In this document: positions 57,273-64,000 of the stretch, one piece after another
Layout: each line of letters begins with the position of its first letter
Numbering within the stretch: the first letter of the stretch is position 1
NCBI GenBank assembly: GCA_027319585.1
Contig: DAHVMY010000001.1
Location: 70,192 to 134,191 of the forward strand
Direction: 5' to 3'
Length of the DNA: 64,000 nt
DNA from: Candidatus Dormiibacterota bacterium
GTDB lineage: Bacteria > Chloroflexota > Dormibacteria > Aeolococcales > Bog-877
The notes under the pieces: model-generated
What the model was told of the DNA's origin: nothing
What the model saw: the letters and a program-made list of their open reading frames with translations, nothing else
Databases searched by the model: none
Position numbers and translations under genes: made by a program

Positions 57273-58709
57273 ATGGAGAGCGTGTCACTCAAGCTCTTCA
57301 ACACGATGACCGGAGCAATCGAGGTGATCGAGCCCCTCCATCCCGGCCGGATTGGCATGTACACCTGCGGCCCGACGGTCCACGATCAGGCGCACATCGG
57401 CAATCTGCGCACCTACCTGGCCGAGGATCTGCTGCGTCGGCAGCTGGAGGCGCGTGATCTCACGGTCACCCAGGTGATGAACATAACCGACGTGGATGAC
57501 AAGATCATCGCCAAGGCCACGGCCGCGGGCACCGGACTCCAGGAGTTCACGGCCCCCTACGTGGAGGCCTTCTTCCGCGATCTCGAGCGGCTCAACATCG
57601 AGCCCGCCAGCGCCTATCCCCGGGCGACTGAGTACATCGGGCCCATGATCGAGCTGGTCAAAGTGCTCCTGGAAACCGGCCACGCCTATCGGAGCGATGG
57701 CTCCGTTTACTTCAGGATCTCCTCCTTTCCCGCCTACGGGAGGCTCTCTCACCTTGACACCACCGGGCTCAAGGCGGGTGCCAGCGGTCGCATTGACAGT
57801 GACGAGTACGAGGCCAAGGAGGTCGTCCGCGACTTCGTGCTCTGGAAGGCCGGCCATCAGGGGGACCTGGCCGCGTGGGACTCCCCGTTCGGCTGGGGTC
57901 GCCCGGGTTGGCACCTCGAGTGCTCGGCCATGTCGATGGACAAGCTGGGGGAGTCGTTCGATATCCACTGCGGGGGAGTGGACAACAAATTCCCCCACCA
58001 CGAGAACGAGATCGCACAGTCGGAGGCGGCCACCGGGAAACCGTTCGTGAAGTACTGGTTCCACCCCGAGCACCTCCTGATCGCTGGTGGCAAGATGGCC
58101 AAGTCGCAGGGCAACTTCGTCACCCTCTCTACCCTGATGGAGCGTGGTCACGATCCGCTGGCAGTGCGTTTTCTGCTGCTGACGGGGGCGCACTACCGCC
58201 ACAAGCTGCAGTTCAAGGAGGAGCTGCTGGCGGACGCCGAGCGGGATGTCGAGCGGCTGTCGGCATTTTGGAAGCGCTGCGCGGACGAGGCCGACGGGCT
58301 GGCCGAGATGGACGAGGGCGGCGACCCCCTGGAGGTGGCGGCGCACCGGGCGGCTCAGCTTTTCGAGGAGGCGCTGGACGACGATCTCAATCTTCCCGAT
58401 GGAATAGCGGCCGTCTTCGACTTGCTTCGGGAGGGCAACCGGTTGCTGGACCAGGGGCGGGCCGGCCGCAGGGGTGCGGCCGCCGCTCTGGCCACTCTGC
58501 GTCAGGTCGACACCAGGCTGGGGCTGATCGAGCGCCGCGCGGCCGTCGAGGATGCGCTCCAGCCGACCGAGCTGGAGCTTATGCAACGCCGGGAACAGGC
58601 TCGCCGAGATCGTGACTACGCCTCCTCGGATCGGCTGCGGGACGAGCTCCTGGCGATGGGGATCCAGGTCGAGGACACCAAGGACGGGACCCGCTGGCAT
58701 CGGGCCTGA
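57273..58709 (+). CDS. cysS: Cysteine--tRNA ligase
   Basis: ..MYTCGPTVHDQAHIGN.. (HIGH region), ..WHLECSAM.. (zinc site) and KMAKSQGN (KMSKS). Confidence 0.95.
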   Translation: MESVSLKLFNTMTGAIEVIEPLHPGRIGMYTCGPTVHDQAHIGNLRTYLAEDLLRRQLEARDLTVTQVMNITDVDDKIIAKATAAGTGLQEFTAPYVEAFFRDLERLNIEPASAYPRATEYIGPMIELVKVLLETGHAYRSDGSVYFRISSFPAYGRLSHLDTTGLKAGASGRIDSDEYEAKEVVRDFVLWKAGHQGDLAAWDSPFGWGRPGWHLECSAMSMDKLGESFDIHCGGVDNKFPHHENEIAQSEAATGKPFVKYWFHPEHLLIAGGKMAKSQGNFVTLSTLMERGHDPLAVRFLLLTGAHYRHKLQFKEELLADAERDVERLSAFWKRCADEADGLAEMDEGGDPLEVAAHRAAQLFEEALDDDLNLPDGIAAVFDLLREGNRLLDQGRAGRRGAAAALATLRQVDTRLGLIERRAAVEDALQPTELELMQRREQARRDRDYASSDRLRDELLAMGIQVEDTKDGTRWHRA

Positions 58710-59473
58710 TGCCAGACATCCTGTACGGCCGCAATCCGGTGCGCGAGGCACTGCGAGCAGGCCGGCGCCTGCGCCGGCTGCTGGTGGCGCCCGGTGTGGA
58801 GGGCGAGGTCAGGGTCAGTGAGATCCTGGAGTTGTCGTCGGCCCACGGGGTGGCGGTGGAGGCGGCGGACCGCAGCCGGCTCTCCGACATCGCCCACACC
58901 GAGCACCACCAGGGGGTGGTCGCATACTTCGACTCCCGCCAGTTGCCGGGGATGGAGTACCTTCGCCGGCTGATCCGCGAGGCCCCGACCGATCGGCCCC
59001 CACTGCTCCTGGCTCTCGACGGCCTTCAGGACCCCCAGAACCTGGGGGCCCTGGCGCGCGCGGCGGAATCCTTCAGAGTTGATGCTCTGGTCCTGCCCAA
59101 GCACCGGACCGCCCCCGCCTCGGCCGCGGCCGTGAAGGCGAGCGCGGGAGCTCTGGAGCATATCCCGCTGGTCCGCATCGTAAACCTGGCCCAGACCCTG
59201 GCCGAGTTGCGGGAGGACAACGTGCTGGTGGTGGGGTTGGACCAGGAGGCGGAGCTGCGCTGTGACCAAGCGGATCTCAACCAGCCGCTCGCGATCGTGG
59301 TCGGTTCCGAGGGGGACGGTCTGCGCCAACTAACCAAGCGTCGCTGCGATCTCCTGGTGTCGATCCCAATGGGGGGGCGGGTCGACTCCCTCAATGCGGC
59401 GATCGCGGGGTCGATCGCCCTCTATGAGGTGGCCCGCCAGCGTGGCTTTCACTTTCCCAGCGAAGGTCGGTGA
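58709..59473 (+). CDS. rlmB: 23S rRNA (guanosine-2'-O)-methyltransferase RlmB (TrmH/SpoU family)
   Basis: ..LYGRNPVREAL.. N-terminal domain, ..LDGLQDPQNLGALARAAESF.., ..IVVGSEGDGL.., and ..IPMGGRVDSLNAAIAGSIALYE... The ATG overlaps the cysS stop by 1 nt. Confidence 0.85.
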   Translation: MPDILYGRNPVREALRAGRRLRRLLVAPGVEGEVRVSEILELSSAHGVAVEAADRSRLSDIAHTEHHQGVVAYFDSRQLPGMEYLRRLIREAPTDRPPLLLALDGLQDPQNLGALARAAESFRVDALVLPKHRTAPASAAAVKASAGALEHIPLVRIVNLAQTLAELREDNVLVVGLDQEAELRCDQADLNQPLAIVVGSEGDGLRQLTKRRCDLLVSIPMGGRVDSLNAAIAGSIALYEVARQRGFHFPSEGR

Positions 59474-59633
59474 CCGAAGGTGTCCCGGTGAGGGTGGAAG
59501 CCGCCGTGCGCCTCGCCGCTTCGCGGCACGTCTCCCAGCCACACGGTTCTCTCGCCGATTGAACCGATCCTGGGCGGCCCGCCTTTCCCTGATGAGCAAG
59601 AGCCTTGCGGCTCATGACATGGAGGACCGGCAG

Positions 59634-59834
59634 ATGCGCAGGATCAAGGTGATGTTGGTGGTCGGGATGGCAGCGGCCTCGGCCTCGGTCGCGGCCCCAG
59701 CGATGGCGTCTGCGATGACATTCACGCCACCGCCGGGCTGCACCGGGAGGTGGAACACCATGCAGTCCGCCACGTTCAACCACGCCCCGGGGACAGCTCC
59801 GGGATGCTCAGTGGCCGAGGCTCACGCGGCCTGA
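59634..59834 (+). CDS. Possible small secreted two-cysteine peptide (66 aa precursor)
   Basis: MRRIKVMLVVGMAAASASVAAPAMA|SAMTFTPPPGCTGRWNTMQSATFNHAPGTAPGCSVAEAHAA has a signal-peptide-like N-terminus and an A-x-A site. No homology was recognised, and the ORF could be spurious. Confidence 0.3.
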   Translation: MRRIKVMLVVGMAAASASVAAPAMASAMTFTPPPGCTGRWNTMQSATFNHAPGTAPGCSVAEAHAA

Positions 59835-59943
59835 GCGGACGCCCGGTTGGGGCGGTCAACCAGCGATGGGTTGGCCGCCCCGCCGCCCCGGTCGGGAAGG
59901 TCGGAGGAGAAGCCGCATTCTCCGCCTATACTCGGCTGCAGGC

Positions 59944-60018
59944 GCCGACGTAGCTCAGTGGTAGAGCAGCTGTTTTGTAAACAGCTGGCCGTCAGTTCGA
60001 ATCTGACCGTCGGCTCCA
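59944..60018 (+). tRNA. tRNA-Thr (anticodon TGT), CCA encoded
   Basis: Hand-folded: GCCGACG TA GCTC AGTGGTA GAGC A GCTGT TTTGTAA ACAGC TGGCC GTCAG TTCGAAT CTGAC CGTCGGC T CCA. All stems are paired. TATACT at 59927-59932 is a candidate -10. Confidence 0.9.
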
Positions 60019-60076
60019 TTTTTTGAGATCAGATTAGGTGCAGAATGGGGAGGCGGCGACTCCTCACCAGGACACC

Positions 60077-60109
60077 TGATAGCAGGCTTGATAGCAACCA
60101 GTGATTGCA
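60077..60109 (+). repeat. Three tandem TGAT(A/T)GCA motifs at 12-13-nt spacing (candidate integrase arm-type sites)
   Basis: TGATAGCA at 60077-60084 and 60089-60096, and TGATTGCA at 60102-60109, all between the tRNA-Thr and the integrase 3' end. Confidence 0.35.
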
Positions 60110-60174
60110 TCTGAGCCATTCCTGCCTGGGTCGCCTTGCCCCAAGATGCACTTCCGTGATCTCCAGACCGAATA

Positions 60175-61326
60175 TCAGGCTTGCTCGTCGTCGGCCAGAA
60201 TGGCTTCCATGGCCCTGGTGGCTCCGCCATGCGATGCCGACGATATCCGGGTGTAGCGCTCCAGGGTGATCGAGGTGTCCGAGTGACCCAGAAGGTCGGC
60301 CACCTCCTTGGGGTTCACACCCTCAAGGGAGATCAACGTGGCGGCCGAACTGCGCAGGTCTCGAAACTGAATGCGGGGTAGGCCAGTCCGCTCCAAGAAT
60401 GGGTAGAAGCTCCGCCGCAACATCCCAGGGCCGTCCAGAGGTTGGCCTTGGGCCCCGGTGAAGACCAGATCCTGGTCACGCCACCACTCCTGGGCCTTGG
60501 CTCTCGCGGCTTCTTGGGCAGCGTGGTGTCGGGACAGGGCTTCGATGGCCTGGCGGGTAAGTTGTATTTGTCGCCTTGAGTGAGCGCTCTTGGGTTCCTT
60601 GATCCGCAACCCCTCGCTGGGTACCCGCTCCAGAGAACCAACCACCGACAGGACTTTCCGCCGCAGGTCGATTTCTCTCCACTTCAGGGCCAGGAGCTCT
60701 CCCTGCCTCATGCCGGTTGTCAATGCCAGGATATAGAGACAACCCAGTGGATCGTGGTTGGCAGCACGGACCAGCCGGCGGGCCTGCTCTCGAGTGAGAG
60801 CCGGTTCACGGGATGGGGCGCTACGTGGCGGTTTCACCTGCTCGGCAACGTTGCGGCCAACTCGCCCCTCCCGGACAGCCGCCGTGAGAGCGCACTTCAG
60901 GACCGTGTGCAGGTGGTGGATCGAGGTGTCTGTCAGGTTCTTGCTCCTGGCCGTGCTGTGGACCTTCTCGATGTGCTCGGGCTTGAGCTTCGAAAGCTCC
61001 TGCTTGCCGATTACAGGTATGACATGGCCGATCAGCAAGCCGCGATAGGTCCTATAGGTCTTGCCTTGAACCTGGTGCTCCTTCCGTGCCAACCAACCCT
61101 GGAGGTAGCTCTCCACGGTCAGCCTCTCACCAGGGGGAGGGGCACCTTTCTCCTTCTCCTGTAGGAGGGCGAGCAACTTGGTGTGGACCTCGGGCTTGCT
61201 GGCGCCGTAGACCACCTTCCGACGAGGTCGACCGTCAGTGCCCGGCCCCCAGGAGACAGCGCCAACCCACCGGCCATCCTTCCGATGCCAGATCGAACCT
61301 TCGCCTTGGCCTCTCTTGGTCACCAT
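60175..61326 (-). CDS. int: Tyrosine-type site-specific recombinase (phage integrase family)
   Basis: N-terminal ..GSIWHRKDGRWVGAVSWG.. (SAM-like/arm-binding type). The catalytic region has ..TGMRQGELLALKW.. (Arg), ..HSRRQIQL.. and ..LRSSAATL.., and ..LLGHSDTSITLERYTRI.. (His...Tyr). Confidence 0.9.
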   Translation of the reverse strand: MVTKRGQGEGSIWHRKDGRWVGAVSWGPGTDGRPRRKVVYGASKPEVHTKLLALLQEKEKGAPPPGERLTVESYLQGWLARKEHQVQGKTYRTYRGLLIGHVIPVIGKQELSKLKPEHIEKVHSTARSKNLTDTSIHHLHTVLKCALTAAVREGRVGRNVAEQVKPPRSAPSREPALTREQARRLVRAANHDPLGCLYILALTTGMRQGELLALKWREIDLRRKVLSVVGSLERVPSEGLRIKEPKSAHSRRQIQLTRQAIEALSRHHAAQEAARAKAQEWWRDQDLVFTGAQGQPLDGPGMLRRSFYPFLERTGLPRIQFRDLRSSAATLISLEGVNPKEVADLLGHSDTSITLERYTRISSASHGGATRAMEAILADDEQA

Positions 61327-61962
61327 TCCTTCTCCATGGCTGGGTACCCTACCGCTATCGCCCTTTCCGGGGAGAATGCCTGGTCAGCACTTCGACCCAG
61401 CAGGCTCATTGACGATCCTAAAGCCGCACAGCTCAAAGATCAGTCCGATCTTGATGGGCTGGTGAGAAGAGAATCTCCAGGGACTCCGTGGGAACGGGGG
61501 AGAGGGACGTCACGGTGCCAGTCCGAGAGACCCTTAAGGACCAGTTCGGACTCGTGACCGCCGCCATCCACTGCGCTGCGGTGCCTGACGAGAGTCTCCG
61601 AGAGGTACCTGTGGAGCACAAGCGTTTGGCGGCGTCGCTGTCATGCCCTCGCGGGGTTGAGGACAGGGCCGTCGACCATGGTATCTCCATCTTCCGCGAC
61701 GGATAGCCGACAGCGACGATCCGTCCGTTGCTTGGAGCCCGGAGTCCGTCGGTCTCTCTGCCACTGAGGGTGGGCCACCGCGTCTGGGTGTTGGGTACCC
61801 GCCGGAATCACGATGAGCGCGTCATTCAAGCGCAGGATGGGGCGGGGACAAGGCCAGCCTACGGCCGTCCGAAGGGCTTGAGCTTCACCCAGGCTGCCGA
61901 AGCCAGAATCGCCTGTAGGCGCCCTTCGAGCGGGGCCCGGGTGACCCTTTGGTCGTTCGGTC

Positions 61963-62148
61963 GTGTGGATCCCCGCTCCTGCCGCTGAGCGTCGCCGTGA
62001 TGCTGAAACAACGTGGCGGGTAACACCCTACTCCAACATCGGCGCCGCCCACTTCCTGGAGCGCCACGGCTCCGAGACCTACAAGCTCCGCCTCATCGCC
62101 AACCTGGAGCGCCTCGGCTACGCCGTCAAGCTCGAGCCCGTCGCATGA
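61963..62148 (+). other. Short ORF whose 3' two-thirds has host-like GC3 codon bias: probable C-terminal remnant of a lost gene
   Basis: ..YSNIGAAHFLERHGSETYKLRLIANLERLGYAVKLEPVA*. An in-frame TGA lies 21 nt upstream of the GTG start. The ORF converges on, and overlaps, the STAND gene 3' end by 31 nt. Identity not recognised. Confidence 0.3.
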
Positions 62149-64000
62149 TCCCATTTTCGCCTTAGGCCCCAGACCCAGGCCAGGTTGACCACCGCGGTCG
62201 GGAAGATGTCACGGGCACCGGCCCGTCGGCAGAGTGCGGCGGCCGACTCGAAATGCCCGACGGCGCCGGGCCGGTCGTATTGGGCCTCCAGATCTCCCAC
62301 GTTCATGGTCACCCGTGCCTGATCCCGCAGGGTGCCGTTGGCCGTGATCAGCCGTGCGCCCCACTCCAGGTGCAGCAGCGCCTCCTCGACTCGACCCCGT
62401 ACCGCCAGGCCCCACCCTTTCGCCTCCGCCCCCCGGGCCACCGCGTGCGGGACCTGGTAGGCCTGGCCCTCGGCAAGCGCCAGCTCAGCCTCCGCATCGG
62501 CGGACTCCAACTCGCCGGCCGTGAAGAGAAGGGAGGCGAACTCACCGTGCAGACGGGCGGACTGCTCGTCCGGATCGAGGTCCGCGCGGGCCGCCAGAGC
62601 TTGCCGGAGCTCCTCGACCGCTTCGTCGGTCCGCCCCTGGCGGCTAAGCGCCCGGCTTCGAAGTATGGCCAGACTGGTGCCCTCGGGTGAGGTGAGGTCG
62701 ATCGCCGTAACCGGGCTCGCCGCCTCCTCAAGGGCCGCCTCATAGTCGCCAGCGTCGGCAGCGGCTTCTGCCGCCTGTGCCTGCCAGGTGATCGCGTCGG
62801 CACTCTCGGGGGCCAGGCGCCGCGCTCGCTGGTAGCAGCGCTGAGAGGAGGCGGGCGCCCCCACGGCGCGCGCGCGGGCACCGGCCCGGGCGAACGCCTC
62901 GGCCGCCGACGACCGTAGCGAGGTGGCCTCGTCGCCGGCCCCCGTGGACTCGAGCGCGGCCTCTAGGTGCATGGCCACCGCCTCGGCCACCTCGAGGCCC
63001 GAGTCCGGAAGCGCGCTCTGCAGATAGCCGGCAGCCTCCAGGTGGGCGGCCCGACGCTCCGCCCGGCCCAGCCGGTCGTAGGCGGCTGACCGCAGCAGCC
63101 CCTGCGTGAAGACGAACTGGCCGCGGTCGGCGGCCAGGGCGTCGGTCCGGACCGCCAGCACCTCCGCGCGGCGAAGCTCGGCCAGGCTCGTCTCAATCTC
63201 CGCCTCGGGCATCCCCGCCACCGCCCGGGCCGCCGCCGGGGGGATCGCCCCCGCGAACACCGAGAGCCTGCTCGCCAGCGCTCGCGACCTGGGGCTCAGG
63301 GTGTCCAGCCGAGCCGCCAGGAGCGCGGTGAGCGAGGCGGGCACGGGGAGCGTCTCGAACTCTCCGACCACCGCGTAGCGCTCACCCCGGCGGGCGAGGT
63401 TGCCACGTTCGGCCAGAGCGCGCACGAGCTCCACGGCATACAGGGGGATGCCCTCGGCCGCCCCCACGATCCGGGCAATCGTGGAGGTGGGCAGGCCGGG
63501 CACCAGGCCCTCGAGCAATTCCGACATCTCTTCTGGGGCCAGGGGCTCGAGCGCCAGCGCGGTGGCGGTGGGCCGTCCCGTACCCCACCCGGGGTGGCGT
63601 TCGCCCAGCTCGGGGCGGGCCAGGGTGATTATCAGCAGCGGAGTGTTGGCCGACCAGTCTAGGAGCGACTCCACGAAGTCGAGGAGCCCGCTGTCCGCCC
63701 ATTCTCAGTCGTCGATGACCATGACCACCGTGCCGCGCTCCCCGAGAAGCTCGAAGATCCGGCGCCAGCTGGCGAAGAGCTGGGCTCGCTCCACCCCGGC
63801 TCCCTTCACCCCCAGAAGCGCGGCCAGCGCCTCCCTCAGCTCGGGGAGTTCACTGGCGGGCAGCTCGAGAGCCGCCAGCCCCCGGTCGATCCTGGCCTCC
63901 AGCCCCTCGCCGGAGAGGCTCTCCTCATCCTGCAGCCCAAGGCGGGTGCGCATCATCTCAGCAAGGGGCCAGAAGGCCACGCCGTCGCCGTATGCCAGGC
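62118..64000 (-). pseudogene. STAND-type NTPase (AAA_16-like) with C-terminal TPR-like repeats, interrupted by an in-frame TGA at 63705-63707; N-terminus lies beyond the window
   Basis: One reading frame gives ..GERGTVVMVIDD*EWADSGLLDFVESLLDWSANTPLLIITLARPE.., the Walker-B/'DDxxWAD' region of AAA_16 ATPases. It is followed by about 450 aa of Ala/Leu/Glu/Arg-rich helical repeats. The ORF track splits it into 63705..63980 and 62118..63674. Confidence 0.6.

Larger units (their letters stand above)
60019..62150. mobile_element. Probable remnant of a tRNA-Thr-targeted integrative element (integrase plus decayed lower-GC sequence); right boundary not defined
   Basis: A tyrosine integrase lies 157 nt from the tRNA 3' end. 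The sequence from 60019 to about 62150 is visibly less GC-rich and lacks long convincing ORFs apart from int. No convincing direct repeat of the tRNA 3' end was found. Confidence 0.45.

Noticed and set aside
61381-61412. Possible attR, considered because of patchy similarity to the tRNA-Thr 3' end. The sites are gtcag..ttcga..ggctca at 61383-61410, and ccgtcg..tcccatttt at 62133-62157.
   Set aside because: Matches are only 5-6-nt blocks separated by indels, well within chance for 4 kb of sequence. An algorithmic repeat search is needed before calling element boundaries.
63705-63707. Genome-wide reassignment of TGA (to Trp or Gly) as the explanation for the in-frame stop.
   Set aside because: TGA terminates many conserved genes here at positions matching normal protein ends, for example lepA 30748-30750, the carboxyltransferase 7055-7057, rlmB 59471-59473 and mazG. 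No SECIS-like context was evident.
1-64000. CRISPR arrays, rRNA genes, intact IS elements, or long non-coding tandem repeats.
   Set aside because: No regularly spaced direct repeats, no rRNA-like conserved blocks and no transposase-length ORFs were found. The only sizeable DNA-level repeats are the Clp-N duplication and the ChlD/ChlI paralogy, both of which are coding.

Overview
This is a very GC-rich bacterial chromosomal segment, roughly two-thirds to 70% G+C by eye (not computed). It is densely packed with housekeeping genes. Most calls rest on conserved motifs read from the supplied ORF translations, with start codons re-examined in the nucleotide sequence.

Gene content, left to right:
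- A partial GT4 glycosyltransferase, an MFS transporter, an MBL hydrolase, rnhB, and a secreted S53 (sedolisin-like) peptidase.
- An acyl-CoA carboxyltransferase, a class-V aminotransferase, a Rieske protein, a polytopic membrane protein and gdh.
- A pentose-phosphate cluster (tkt-pgl-rpe) and a four-gene 2-oxoacid (pyruvate-type) dehydrogenase operon (E1a-E1b-E2-E3).
- An F420-type NADP reductase and a ChlD/ChlI-like AAA+/vWA pair.
- lepA-hemW, then a perfect CIRCE element in front of hrcA-grpE-dnaJ (no dnaK), then hsp20.
- rsmE, rpsU-ybeY-pth-mfd-mazG, and two tRNA(CAT) genes.
- ftsH, rpsA, a Clp-N-domain-only paralogue followed by clpC, then yacL-ispD-ispF-cysS-rlmB.
- tRNA-Thr, immediately followed by a tyrosine integrase and a lower-GC decayed stretch.
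- A large STAND (AAA_16-like + TPR) gene that carries an in-frame TGA and runs off the window.

Gene order mirrors the Bacillus origin-proximal region (pth-mfd-mazG...ftsH; clpC...yacL-ispD-ispF...cysS...rlmB) despite the high GC and an F420 enzyme. This suggests a Terrabacteria lineage (Chloroflexota, Actinomycetota or related); the lineage is not determinable from this window alone.

No CRISPR array, rRNA or intact IS element was seen.

Most interesting candidates:
1. The orphan chelatase-like ChlD/ChlI module, coupled to an unknown ORF and carrying Cys4 inserts and GTAKS P-loops.
2. The roughly 88% nucleotide-identical duplication of the ClpC N-domain, giving a stand-alone double Clp-N protein where Bacillus has ctsR-mcsAB.
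3. The tRNA-Thr integrase remnant next to the interrupted STAND/TPR gene.

Many long ORFs in the six-frame track are antisense artefacts of high GC and were rejected.
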